Positions 1 to 12,870 of a stretch of DNA of 64,000 bases are shown piece by piece. The position numbers were made by a program, and so were the translations under genes. The stretch comes from Octopus bimaculoides (taxonomy: Eukaryota). Below the pieces are notes generated by a model that searched no databases, was not told the origin of the DNA, and saw nothing but the letters and a program-made list of their open reading frames with translations. Numbering within the stretch: the stretch's first letter is position 1; each line of letters opens with the position of its first letter. The stretch is taken from positions 132,045,039 to 132,109,038 of the forward strand of contig NC_068982.1 in assembly GCF_001194135.2 (NCBI RefSeq), in the 5' to 3' direction.

Positions 1-31
<31 letters not shown>

Positions 32-653
32 AAAAATGTATGTGCATACATTGACTAATACACGCACGCGCGCGTGATTTGTACGAAAACTGACGGAAAC
101 AGATTTTGTTTCCACTTTTTCTAAGAGACAAAACTGTAGGGTAAATGTTCACAACAAGGCTAAAATTTCTTCTTTACAAAAAAATGATACCTTACAGTAT
201 ATTTCAAATAATACAGAAACAACGTGTATTAATTAGTTGGTTAATTCAGTAATTAATTAATTAATTAATCAATTAATTAATCAAATATGCTGTCAAAATG
301 GTTGAATTATTTCCGTTCGGTCTTCCGTAAAGTACAGGTATTATAAAAGTAATGTGCAAGAAAATTTTTGTCTTGTACCATTGCAGGGTAAACATTATTC
401 GTGCGTATAACACACTGTCTCTCAGGCTGGCGCTCATTTAGCAGATATATAGTCAAAGGCGTTCCAGACATGACCTTCTCCTTATTTTGTATGTTTTAGG
501 ACTATCAAATATGACATTATCCTCCTTTTTTTTATCAAGGCAGCAAAGTGTGATTTCAAGGAATATGGCTGCGTCTTCTAGCTGGTGGAGCGCTTGCATA
601 CAGCGTGCCACTAACGTGTATATTATTTCATTTAGGTATAATATAACTATGTA

Positions 654-686
<33 letters not shown>

Positions 687-1376
687 GCGTGTGTGTGTTA
701 TATATACATATAACATTAAATACATTATCTAATTTGTATGATATGTGAGTATTATGCGTGTATTACATGAAATGCTGTGTATACTATACATACATATATG
801 ATACAGAAGACAGATAATGACTATATGAGAAAATGGCGACTGTGTTGTCAAATAGTTTTATTCAAGGTTACGATCGCTTCGAATGGTTTGAAGAAATATT
901 TCCTTACATACACTGGATTGTATATGTAAGATTTTTGTAAATCCACACAATAATAAAATAATTAATAAAGCAATTAATTGGTTAATCAAACAGTTTGACC
1001 TATATTACCAGACATTAATGTTACTGTGATAGATTTTTTTTAATTTCGACTAATATGGGTTCCAGTTGCTCATTGATACAATCCATCAGACGGTCTTCCT
1101 TACAATTTCCGTCTATTAAATTTCACTTTCAAGGCTTTGGCTTGTTCAACTTTATTATTACAAATCTCACCTATGGAAAAAAAGAATAAATAAATAAAAG
1201 CGTGATAAATACGTATCATAGCTCAGTAGATAATGATTTCTTCTAATCCGATGCAGGTCTATTCACTCGTAATGCACAATGCCATTAAATAGAATGTATT
1301 TTAAATTCTTCTTAATTTAAAATCTAAACTTGAAACCGCATGAAGAAATAGCCGTGAGGTATATATTTCCAAAAAG

Positions 1377-1470
<94 letters not shown>

Positions 1471-1518
1471 TTATTTATCTATTTATCGATCGATCAATCG
1501 GTTGAGCGATCTATTTAA

Positions 1519-1550
<32 letters not shown>

Positions 1551-1624
1551 TTTCCTCTCTTTCTCTCCCTGTATATATATTTCAATACGGAGCAAATAAT
1601 TCACGAAAAAATATATTTATATAT

Positions 1625-1795
1625 TTATACATGGATCAAAACAGTTTGATTTAAATTCGTTGGTACTCTGAGTTTCAAGCGTGATGCTAGTCTACAGCCA
1701 TTTTGAATTTGAATTCAAAATAGCTGAAGACTAGCATCACACTTGAAACTCGGAGTACCAATGAATTTGAACAAACTGTTTTGATCCGTGCATAT
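1625..1795. repeat. Long imperfect palindrome (about 85-bp arms, 2-nt spacer) with hammerhead-like motifs in both arms
   Basis: Left arm catggatcaaaacagtttg...cagccattttgaatt is the reverse complement of right arm aattcaaaatagctg...caaactgttttgatccgtg; centre at 1710-1711. Confidence 0.9.
1714..1770 (+). ncRNA. Type I hammerhead-ribozyme-like motif (degenerate stem II)
   Basis: CUGAAGA 1724-1730, GAAAC 1745-1749, stem III ACUC-G-GAGU, GUA triplet 1755-1757. Stem I is UAG/CCA (UGG/CCA in the other arm) plus UUCAAA/UUUGAA. Confidence 0.5.
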
Positions 1796-1846
1796 AACTC
1801 CCAATAAATGTGTTGAGTACCTTTCTTTCGCTTGTCCACTCACTGG

Positions 1847-1919
<73 letters not shown>

Positions 1920-1922
<3 letters not shown>

Positions 1923-2157
1923 AAAGGAATTCGCGAATGCAGGAGGTTAAGACTAGAAGACGCAGAAAAAGCGGCCTGCAACCCTCCATAGGAAATCGAA
2001 CCCTATAACTCTCAAGGGTCACTTAGCTTAATGGTTCAGAGAGCTCAGTAGGAATTTGAGAGGTACAGTGTTCGAATCCTTGTGGAGGCTTGCTGGCCAC
2101 TTTTTTCCGTCTGCTAAGGTGTTTTCAGAGCCTCTTGTGTTCGTGAATTCCTTTATT
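1920..2157. repeat. Inverted-repeat element enclosing a tRNA-like sequence
   Basis: Termini aataaaggaattcgcgaa / ttcgtgaattcctttatt; arms stay complementary inward to ctctcaa/ttgagag. A-box-like tagcttaatggt and B-box gttcgaatcc at about 2016-2090, followed by a T run. Confidence 0.7.
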
Positions 2158-2700
2158 TAGTTATTTCCGGTAGAATACCAACACACGCGGCGCTTATAAA
2201 CTTGTCTACAATGCACACACATACACACACACAAGAAAAGTAAATCTATACATCGCAATAATAACCTCAATACCATGGATGAATGCTACAAATGTAAAAA
2301 CAAAGGAAGAGAAAGAAACTATATAACAAAGAAAAAACGCGGAATACAACGAGTGAGAGGAAGATAGAAGGGCGGGATATCGATCTTACAGCGTGACAAT
2401 CAGCGTAGCCGTCACTAACAAGCGATTTCAACTGACTAATAACTGGGTTTCGGTGCCTGTGTAACCTCGAGGAGACACTGACGTCCTCTCGGTCATCTCA
2501 GTCTGGACCCAGCGTTGAAGAAGCCGCATCTGAGAACAATGGAACATCGTGAAATGAAGTACTGTGTTCAAATACTCAACACGCTTCCCTATCCGGGAAA
2601 TAAGCCCTTGGTTTTTATGATAGTGAGTTAAGTACATTAACTACAAGACCGCGCACCTTCATAGAAAAAACATGCATACACGCATTATGTGTGTGCGTGT

Positions 2701-2749
<49 letters not shown>

Positions 2750-2808
2750 TATGGGTTTCAGCCAAGTGGCTGTGGTCATGCTGGAGCACCACCGTAACTT
2801 TCCGTCTT

Positions 2809-2855
<47 letters not shown>

Positions 2856-3499
2856 GTGTATATGTGAGTGTGTGTATGTATGCATTCATGCATGTATGTA
2901 CGTAATTATGTATATAATTATATGTAGATCAATATGCGTGTGAACGTTTAAATGTGTAAATGTATACATGTACACACACACACACACACACACACACTAA
3001 TATTTACTCTACCATACGCCCAAACAATCACTTACGCCTACGCCTCTAATTCGAATATTTGCATACCTCCCTTAACTACAATTTAAAAAAAAAAGATAAA
3101 TTGATTCCTCTGACATTTCGCCGTAGTAACTTTACCCATATGCTTTATCCCATAATGCTTTATTACTTAATATTTTCTCTGTACACATTCCACTAATCAT
3201 GTATGTTTTAATGTTTGTCTTTTTAGCGGCCTATCTATCTATCTGTCTGTCTGTGTGTCTGTCTATCTGTCTGTCTGTCTGTCTGTCTGTCTGACCACTT
3301 TTGTCTGTCAGCATATCTAAATATCTGTATTCCCTCCATAGCTTTTCCACAAGCACACACACACACACGCACACACACACGCACACGCACACACACACGC
3401 ACACACACACGCACACGCACACANNNNNNNNNNNNNNNNNNNNNNNNNNTTTGCGAATCCACAGTATATATATATATATATATATACGTGTGTATGCTG

Positions 3500-3985
3500 C
3501 AGTCGTGGGTGCGACACATGTAATGAAGGGGGCGGCCAATTTAGCTACCGGACAAAACCCACGCTACACCGATGCACACACTTGCACTTAGACAATCACT
3601 TACACAACCACACCCTCACGCTATTACCCCGATGGCTGAATGATAAACTTACTCCGAGAATACACACATATCTTCTATCACTTATCTCCTGCCGTTCATC
3701 TATATCGCCAAAGATTTGTGTACTCGACCCACTATCGCTAATGCCTACACAGGAACCTACAACTTTCATCAAATACACGACCCAGGTTACACAACATCCC
3801 TACAGCTTCTGAAAAACGGCCGATTAATTACTCCCCCAAACTAACTCCCACTATGAATTATCACTTACATAATACTTCGGAGAAAAATTCAATTTCTCCT
3901 ATACAACTAAACTCTCCCATTTAATATCGCAGTCTGAAGATTCGCAAGAAGAAACTGACAGTCACTGGGGTAGACTGTGTTCCCG
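3500..3985 (+). mobile_element. Possible degenerate Penelope-like element 3' end (GIY-YIG region) with hammerhead-like motif
   Basis: Weak translated echoes of PLE C-termini (VYAAVV, HNHTLT, EK..I, LNS), followed by CUGAAGA-UUC-GCAA-GAA-GAAAC at 3933-3954. Confidence 0.3.
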
Positions 3986-4047
3986 AATTTAAGCTCACTG
4001 TACACGTGGTATTGTATTTTCTTATACTTTGCAGTACACATATATAT

Positions 4048-4438
4048 TTGTTGTTGTTGTTTGCACTCCGTCGCTTACGACGTTGAGGGTTCCAGTTGAT
4101 CCGATCAATGGAACAGCCTGCTCTTGAAATTAGCGTGCAAGTGGCTGAGCACTCCACAGACACGTGTACCCTTAACGTAGTTCTCGGGGATATTCAGCGC
4201 GTGACACAGTGTGACAAGGCTGACCCTTTGAATTACAGGCACAACAGAAACAGGAAGTAAGAGTGAGAGAAAGTTGTGGTGGAAGAGTACAGCAGGGTTC
4301 GCCACCATCCCCTGCCGGAGCCCCGTGGAGCTTAAGGTGTTTTCGCTCTATAAACACTCACAACGCCGGTCTGGGAATCGAAACCGCGATCCTACGAATG
4401 CGAGTCCGCTGTCCTAACCACTGGGCCATTGCGCCTCC
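4048..4438 (-). mobile_element. Full-length tRNA-derived SINE with (AAC)n tail
   Basis: Minus strand starts ggaggcgcaatggcccagtggttagg (A box) ... ggtttcgattccc (B box), then a unique body and an aacaacaac tail. Confidence 0.8.
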
Positions 4439-5828
4439 ACACATATATATTACATATACCATATTTGTATGTATATATGTATGCATGCATGTATGTATGC
4501 ATGTATGTATGTATGTATGTATGTATATGCACAAATATACATATCCATATATGTGCATACATATATATACATATACAATCATCCACATATATGAATGCAT
4601 TTAATGTGTATGCGTGTGTATGACTGCGTGCTTTACATATATCTTGTAATGTACGCCATTCCCTTCATGTGTTGACTGGTGACCACCACTACGATACTGC
4701 TACGATTTCGCCACCTACTGATAGTATCGAAACCGCAACGCACCCAGTGGAGCCGGGCAGCATTGATGCTGCTCGGAAAAATCGGATTCCATTGGTTTTC
4801 ATTCTAGTAATGTCTTTCCCAGCCTCATCTTTTCCATGTCCATACCTACATCAAACAGGGTGCAGCTGCAACTACTCCAGCCAGACAAAAAACAAAAAAA
4901 AAGAAAGAACTAGTTTGTTCTGCTACTGCTAGACAATGCGTTTTTCATTTCACTTTTAGTCCCTCTACCTCTCTCTCTCTTCCCCTTTGGTCTGTCTGCC
5001 TGCCTGCCTGCCTGTCTGTTGGCTTGTCTGTGTCTATCTCTGTCTCTATCTATCCGTCTGCCTCTCTTTCTCTCTCTCTCTCCTTCCTTCTTTCTTTCTG
5101 TCGTTTCCTCTCGCACAAAGATGCACGCATGCACGTAAGCTCACATAATTATACATTTTCATATGCATATACATACANNNNNNNNNNNNNNNNNNNNNNN
5201 NNNNNNNNNNNNNNNNNNNNNNNNNNNNNNNNNNNNNNNNNNNNNNNNNNNNNNNNNNNNNNNNNNNNNNNNNNNNNNNNNNNNNNNNNNNNNNNNNNNN
5301 NNNNNNNNNNNNNNNNNNNNNNNNNNNNNNNNNNNNNNNNNNNNNNNNNNNNNNNNNNNNNNNNNNNNNNNNNNNNNNNNNNNNNNNNNNNNNNNNNNNN
5401 NNNNNNNNNNNNNNNNNNNNNNNNNNNNNNNNNNNNNNNNNNNNNNNNNNNNNNNNNNNNNNNNNNNNNNNNNNNNNNNNNNNNNNNNNNNNNNNNNNNN
5501 NNNNNNNNNNNNNNNNNNNNNNNNNNNNNNNNNNNNNNNNNNNNNNNNNNNNNNNNNNNNNNNNNNNNNNNNNNNNNNNNNNNNNNNNNNNNNNNNNNNN
5601 NNNNNNNNNNNNNNNNNNNNNNNNNNNNNNNNNNNNNNNNNNNNNNNNNNNNNNNNNNNNNNNNNNNNNNNNNNNNNNNNNNNNNNNNNNNNNNNNNNNN
5701 NNNNNNNNNNNNNNNNNNNNNNNNNNNNNNNNNNNNNNNNNNNNNNNNNNNNNNNNNNNNNNNNNNNNNNNNNNNNNNNNNNNNNNNNNNNNNNNNNNNN
5801 NNNNNNATAGACATACATATATATATAA

Positions 5829-5875
<47 letters not shown>

Positions 5876-6417
5876 TGTATGAAGTGTGCCAATTATCCAA
5901 AGAGTGGACGCGTAGAGAAGCAAGATGAAAATAAAGATGAGAAGATATGTGCACCTCTTTGGGCATGCGTTGGCGTATACACATGTGTATGTGCACGTGT
6001 ATGAGCATCTGAGTTTGTGTGTGTGTGTGTGTCTGTGTGTGTCTGTGTATGTCTGTGCGTGTGTGTTTGTATGTGTGTGTGTGTGTGTGTGTGTATGTGT
6101 GTATGTGTTAAACTCTTATAACTTTACTCAGAATATCGCTCGAGCAATGATTAACGCTCACAGTCTATTCAGTTATCAGCCGCCTACATTAAACATAACA
6201 GTGATTATTTCCACCTGCACACGACTAATACATTTGTGAGTGAGTGTACAATCTACTTAATCGGCCCTATTAAGTGATTATTATCTATTTTATTGATTCC
6301 TAAGGGCTAAACAGCGAAGTCGACTCACACTTTTGATCTTTGAGAGTAAGTGGACTAGGGGTTGGAGATAACTGTAAAGCAATTATTTCAGCATTCTACT
6401 GTTCGCACCAAGTCGTC

Positions 6418-7745
6418 AATAATAATAATATCCCTTTCTCCTAAAGGCCTGAAATTTTGGAGGGAAGGGACCAGTCAATTGCATCGACCCCAGTGTTTCA
6501 CTGCTACTTAAGTTATCAACCCCAGAAAAAGGCAAAGTCGACCTCGGTGGAATTTGAACTCGGAACGTAAACATAGACGAAACGCTGCTATGCATTTTGC
6601 CCGGTGTGTTAACGATTCTGCCAGCTCGCCGCCTTAACGTCAATAATAATAACAATAATAATCTTTTCTACTCTAGGCACAAGGCCCGAAATTTTGGGNN
6701 NNNNNNNNNNNNNNNNNNNNNNNNNNNNNNNNNNNNNNNNNNNNNNNNNNNNNNNNNNNNNNNNNNNNNNNNNNNNNNNNNNNNNNNNNNNNNNNNNNNN
6801 NNNNNNNNNNNNNNNNNNNNNNNNNNNNNNNNNNNNNNNNNNNNNNNGTAACTGGTACTTAATTCATCGACTCCGAAAGGATGAAAGGTAAAGTCGACCT
6901 CGGCGGAATTTGAACTCAGAACGCAAAGACAGACGAAATACCGCTAAGCATTTCTTCCGGCGTGCTAACGATTCTGTCAGCTCACCGACTTAACAACAAC
7001 AACAACAACAATAATAATAATAATAATCTTTTCTACCGGAAGCACAAAGCCTCACATTTTGGGGGAAGGGATAAAGTCGATTACATCGACCCCATTGCGT
7101 AACTGGTACTTAATTCATCGACCGCGAAATGATGAAAGGCAATGTCGACCTCGGCGGAATTTGAATTCAGAACGTAAAGACGAAGAAATGCCGCTATACG
7201 TTTTGTCCGATGCTCTAACGATTCAGCTTAATAATGATAATCCTTTCTACTAAAGTTACAAGGCCTAAAATCTTGGAGAAGGAGACTAGTCGATTACATC
7301 AATCCTAGTCTTTCACTGGTACTTAATTTATCAACCCCAAAAGGATGAAAGGTAAAGACGACCTCGACGGAATTTGAACTCAGAACGTAAAGACGAACGA
7401 AATGCCGCTAAGCACTTCGCCCAACGTGCTACCGATTCTGCCAGATCGCCACCTTAATAACAACAAAAACTACCACAATAATATTGATAATCCTTTCTAT
7501 TATACAATGTCTTAGGCGTCAGTCAATTACATTGACACCAATATTCAGCTGGTACTTATTTTGTTGACCTCAAAAAGATGAAAGACAAAGTCGACATCGG
7601 CGGACTTGAACTCAAACTTAAAGTGCTGGAAGAAATATCAGAACGCATTTTTTCTGAAGCTTCAACAGCTCTGCCAATCCGCTTCCCTTAAAATCAACAA
7701 CAGCAATTATTGATTCCAAATTTAAGCACAAGGCCAGTAATTAAG
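6418..7745 (-). mobile_element. Head-to-tail array of five tRNA-SINE copies (family A, Meta/MESC-like core) plus a partial sixth
   Basis: Repeated unit aaggcggcgagctggcagaa...gttcaaattcc(a/g)ccgaggtcgactttgcc...gtagaaaggattatt at about 6418-6635, 6643-6991, 6993-7228, 7230-7455 and 7456-7689, separated by (AAT/AAC)n tails. Confidence 0.85.
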
Positions 7746-8639
7746 AGAAAATAATTCTTGTTGATGTTTGTGTATGCATATAGACATACTTATATGTTCA
7801 TACATATGCATATATATATACATAATTGTATAAATGTATGTATGTATGTATGTATGTATATATGTAGGTAGGTAGGTAGGTAGGTAGGTAGGTAGGTAGG
7901 TAGGTAGGTAGGTAGGTATGAAGAAGTCTACCTTGTTTTTAGTGATGCAGGTACATGTGACTTTTCAGTTTATCCTTAAATAAAGACATATTGCCACATA
8001 GATCATTCCTCTGCTAAGTCATACATATCCTTCTGTATCGCTAGCAACTATCACAGAAATATCGCTAGCAATCGCATCTATGTTGCTCAGTGCAAAACAA
8101 CACATTTGCTCATTATGATAGTTTATATTCTTTGGTAAAATATATGCACGTGTGAGAGAGTGCTTTTCTTCTAATAACGTCTTTGAAAAATGTTCAAGAT
8201 GATGCTTTTGACTATTGAAATATAATTATATTCTTCGTGAGTTTTCTTGTGAAATTAAAGTTGTTTTATTATCATTATATCGACTTCTATTTTGTTCTAT
8301 GTGAAGCTGTGTTTCTGTTTACCTTTTTTCGAGAAGTATCTTTCTGATGAGGAAATTTATTAAAGTGAAATACAACCAGAACAGAAAAATAACGTTATGG
8401 CAAAAGATAACAGAGCTTACCTTTAATTCGAGATTGCATGCACATCCACTGCACTCAGGGAGTTTCTTCTTCGGAAAATTATCGAAACATAAAGTATTTT
8501 CCTCCAGTAGTAGCTGATAACAAAATAAGAATATAAAACTTAAAGACATTCTCAGGGATAGGAAAACACATCTTCTCGCTTCTCGCTTTAACATTCAATA
8601 ATTATAATTTCGATGATGATGATGATGAAACGACGACGA

Positions 8640-9340
8640 CGTTGATAATGATTTCTTTTATTTGTCACATGGATATTAGATAAATAGGAAATTACAAAAA
8701 AAAATCCCACATTGGGTGGAGAGCAGGGAAATTCGGATGAGGAGGGGCAGAGAAAAGTGACAAAAAGTAATACGTAATACACAAATAAATGACTGAAACG
8801 ACCCTACTGCTAAAGCAGGACCTTCAACTGACACTGTTCAGGGAACCTCACAGATTCAAGATCACCATTTTCACCAAGAACAAGAGCTCTCACACAACTG
8901 TTGTTCTCTGACTCATAGCTGCATGTAGAGAGTAGTAGTTCGTCCCACTCTCGACATTTTCTCTGAGGAAGAGAACACCCCTTTCCAAGTAGAAATAATA
9001 GCATTTTTGTAGTACCACCAGGTTCCATCAAATGTATTGCGGCACCAGCCTTTGAACATGTGTATGAGGCACCAGTTCGGTTTGCTTCTTTGCTTCATGT
9101 TCATTTCTGATGACCAGAAGCACACTTCCATATGCCCTAGCACCATCAGTGGAGTATATATCAAGACACATCGTCTAGGCTTTTTTTCGCTGTGTATATA
9201 AGGGGATACAGAAACCACCACCAGACTTCGTGTAGCAGAAGTATGTCTTCTTCTCTGTCTCAAGCAAAGAAATGCACATTTTGGTGACATGCCGCTTTTA
9301 CACTTCCTTCTTGAACTAGACTTGGCCCATGTTTAAACTT
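8640..9340 (-). mobile_element. Degenerate L1/Tx1-like LINE 3' fragment
   Basis: Broken minus-strand translation with WWY.K and ALVLGENGDL, resembling the C-terminus of Tx1-type ORF2; GC-richer than the flanks. Confidence 0.3.
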
Positions 9341-9556
9341 TCTTTTTGCCTAGTAAAGCTAATAAAAGAGAGATTGTTAATACTTGAAATCACACTTGCT
9401 AGTCCCACTGCACCCTTTCAACAATCTTACAGAAAGGCAGCACCCTCCTCTACGCTCTTACGTTTCACTTGAGGTAGAACTTGAAAAAGTTGACAACATA
9501 TATATATATACAAAAAGTTGACAACATATATATATATATACATACATATATATATA

Positions 9557-9708
9557 CGACGGGCTTCTTTCAGTTTCCGTCAGCCAAATTCACTCACAAG
9601 GCTTTGGTTGGCCCGAGGCTATAGTAGAAGACACTTGCCCAAGGTGTCACGCAGTGGGACTGAACCCGGAACCATGTGGTTGGTAAGCAAGCTACTTACC
9701 ACACAGCC
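9557..9708 (-). mobile_element. tRNA-SINE family B (CORE-like), 5' half
   Basis: ggctgtgtggtaagtagc...gggttcagtcccactgcgtgacaccttgggcaagtgtctt...gaaagaagcccgtcg; same family as 22954, 33056, 42927, 59252 and 63479. Confidence 0.85.
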
Positions 9709-10269
9709 ATGTGATTTTGTATGTGTAAAGGTTCGAAATCATTGTTTAGTGACTTGCATGGCAATGTCATGCAAGTCATTACAAGTATTTTCCATGCAAT
9801 CGTTATCAACAGAAATGTAATTAATTTTTTCCATTTAAATTGCCTGTTTCTTGATGCGACGTATTTTTGTTCGTTTTATGTATTTATTTGTGTGTTTATA
9901 TATTTATTTTATCTTTATTTTCTGTGTAAGAGTGAAAGTTGGCTCCACCTCTTGTTAAAATTATGTGTTGAATGTAAACAATCTAAAACAGAATCGTGTT
10001 TAAAACTGTCTTTTTTGCTTGAAATGGGTAAAACAAAATAAAAAGAATTTTGTCCAATATCTTTGTGATGGTTCCATGTGATATGACACAGAAAACATTC
10101 ATCCAATTTTGAAAAGAATCAACAAAATGCAATCCAAATGTGGTGGGGTGGTTTACAACAGATCTTTCAAGAATGATAATAAAACAACAAAACAACAACA
10201 ATGATGATGATGATGGCGACGACGACGACAACAACAACAACAATAGTAATAACAATTATAACAATGATA

Positions 10270-10800
10270 ATAGACGTGACACTGTTATTGATAAAAATAC
10301 TTGATATTGATTCTGTTGATAAAAATAACCTGATATTGTTATGGTTTAAAAAAAGGAACTGATATTGTAGTTGTTGAAGACTAACCTGATATTGTTATTA
10401 TTGAAAAATGACCTGATATCGTTGTCATTGTTGGAAAAGAGAAAAAGATTTTGTTGGATAATTGATGTAGTATCATGAAGGAATAAAAAAAAAATTGAGT
10501 GAAAAGGGAAAAAAGGAAAAATTGAAGATTATCCATAAATACAGAGAGAGAAATTTACAAAAAACATGGCGCATGAATAAGGATGAAGTTATACCAGCAA
10601 GTAGCGGTCTGTAAGTAGTGGGTGCCTTGAAGACGGTAATAATTAAACTAAAAAATATTAATAAATCAGGGATGATTGCGAAATTTTGAATCGGAATACG
10701 TACTGAACTCTTCCAGAAGACAGCATTGTTGTGGTCAGTTTGGAATCTAATGAATGTTTTTGAAATATAAGGGAAGAAAGAAGTAATCGGTATAAAATCA
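10270..10800 (+). mobile_element. Degenerate R4/Dong-like (RLE) LINE 3' fragment
   Basis: Frameshifted PDIVVI...WIIDV...EK...KY...W...EVIP...VVGAL...GIRTELFQKTALL, ending in an (AAT)n/(GAT)n tail. Confidence 0.6.
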
Positions 10801-10944
10801 CCAGATTGAAATATTTAAATAATAATAATAATGATAATAATAATAATAATAATAATGATGATGATGATGATGACGGTGATGACGGTGATGATGATGATGA
10901 TGATGATGATGATAAAGAGAAGAAGAAGAAGAAGAAAAAGAAGA

Positions 10945-11160
10945 ATATTGGAGCTGCTGTCAGGCTTGAGGTGATCAAGAAGACAACATTGTTGGGTACA
11001 GCTCGCATTCTAAGGAAAGTATTGTCTCTTTGAATCAGAGGAAAAGGCTTTACTTGAAACCTTTGGTGATTTGTTATTGCCTGCTTTCAAGTAAAGAATA
11101 ACCGGTAATTAAGAACTATCCGAGTGTCTTTCAGAATGATAATGATAATAATAATAATAA
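10945..11160 (+). mobile_element. R4/Dong-like LINE extreme 3' end
   Basis: Encodes IGAAVRLEVIKKTTLLGTARILRKVLSL*, then a short 3' UTR and (AAT)n tail. Confidence 0.7.
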
Positions 11161-12654
11161 TAATGATAATAATAATAATAAAATTCAATAATAATAATAA
11201 AATAATGATAAAATTCAGACCGAGAGGAAAAGCAGAATGTGCGGAAAACGGGACGAAAGCTTAAGTATCTCCCTAGTGGGTACTCTGATTATAAACACAT
11301 GCATAACTATGTCGGTAAACGAGTGCTTTGGGGATGTTAGCCAAGTTAGTGGATTCTTAGTGACAGAGAAATGATATGATCACGAGCCAAAGTGGATATC
11401 AAAGATATTAAGGAAATTAAGAAATATAAAGGACCATGATGAAGAGATTGTGGAACAAAATGGTAAAAAATTGTTTCTACTGTAAGTAATACATTCAGCA
11501 TAACATCGAAACTACTACCTTAGTGATGGGAAGAAATTAGAAGAGGAAAAAATGTATTGTCGATCTGCAGAAAAGAGCCATCCATCCTGTATTCAAAAAA
11601 ATTCGGAGATAGATTCTTGAGATTTGAGGAGACTTGTTGTCACTAAGTCTCAAGATAGCATTCTCGCTAATGAAATTAGCGTGTAGTAACTTTTGTATAA
11701 CAACAACAATAACAACAACAACAACGTTTTCCATTATATAAGTCTTTTCTTTATTTTGGCTACAAACAATATCTATAATAACAACTATAGGAATAACAAC
11801 ATCACAAACGCCTAAACGGATAAAACCATTTTTATATTATAAACTCGAACAAGGCAAACTGCCAAAAATGTGAAAATTCTAAACCATGATAAACAAAATC
11901 TTCTTGGAGCCAGCCTCAATCGGGAATCAGTAGTAACATTTTTTAATGAACAATGAACTTTATAAACTCATTGAAGCGTTACTTTTTCCTAAATACATGA
12001 CCTTCTCTATTCCATATAGACCTGCAGACTAGACTAATGTATATCCATAGAACGTTCTCCTGTGTAGGTAATTACGCATTTCTTTTAAACAATGGTAATG
12101 TGCCAACTTCGCAAGAAACAATATTGGGTTCAGTAATGTCTATACATTTTTGCACATAATATCGTCTCCTAGACATCGCCAGTGATTATCTATTGGCAGG
12201 AGACAATTTTTAATCTACTTATACATTTTTAAGATGTGTAATATACAAAGAGATTTTATGCAAAATTCATTAAAAATATCTCATTCAATGTTAAGAAATT
12301 TTCGGTCACTTACATTCAAATTGCTCGATATATAATCATCCGGAAGAAAACCTTATCCCCAAAGCAGTATCCAATTCTGATGAAATTGTTAGCAGGGGAT
12401 CGTTTACAGTTACTTCAAACATGCTAAAACCAATTACAATCCGGGTGGAAAGATAGGTACACTTCTCAATGACGAAAAAAATTAGAAAATAGAAAAATTT
12501 CGATTAAACATAGACATACACGCTTTTCAGTTTCCGTGATAATCGAAACAAAAGTCGCAATATAATTTTGCATAAGACCTTTATTGAAAAGGAAACTAAA
12601 TATAGATACATTATTTACATTTGACGGATATTTGTCCTCATCTTGTTTGTTGTT

Positions 12655-12702
12655 AACACAACTCTTCGGCTAATATACCCTCCAGCCTTCGTCAGGTGTC
12701 TT
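12655..12702 (-). ncRNA. Minimal type I hammerhead motif, degenerate (GAAAC mutated to GAAGA)
   Basis: AAGACAC CUGACGA A GGCUG-loop-UAGCC GAAGA GUU GUGUU; stem I (GACAC/GUGUU) and stem II are intact. Confidence 0.6.
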
Positions 12703-12757
12703 GGGGAAATTTCGAACCTAGGTTCTCACTCCTAAGATATTTTCGATATTGTTATTA

Positions 12758-12797
<40 letters not shown>

Positions 12798-12822
12798 GAG
12801 AATCCAGGTTCGAAATTTCCTC

Positions 12823-12870
12823 AAGACACCTGATAAAAGCCGGAGGGAATATCAGCCGAAACGTTGTGTT
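12823..12870 (+). ncRNA. Minimal type I hammerhead motif, degenerate (G8 to A)
   Basis: AAGACAC CUGAUAA A AGCCG-loop-CAGCC GAAAC GUU GUGUU; loopless palindromic AACGUU stem III typical of dimer-type PLE hammerheads. Confidence 0.6.

Noticed and set aside
4669-4932. GC-richer 87-aa ORF
   Set aside because: No recognisable motif, no convincing splice sites, and a TTG start.
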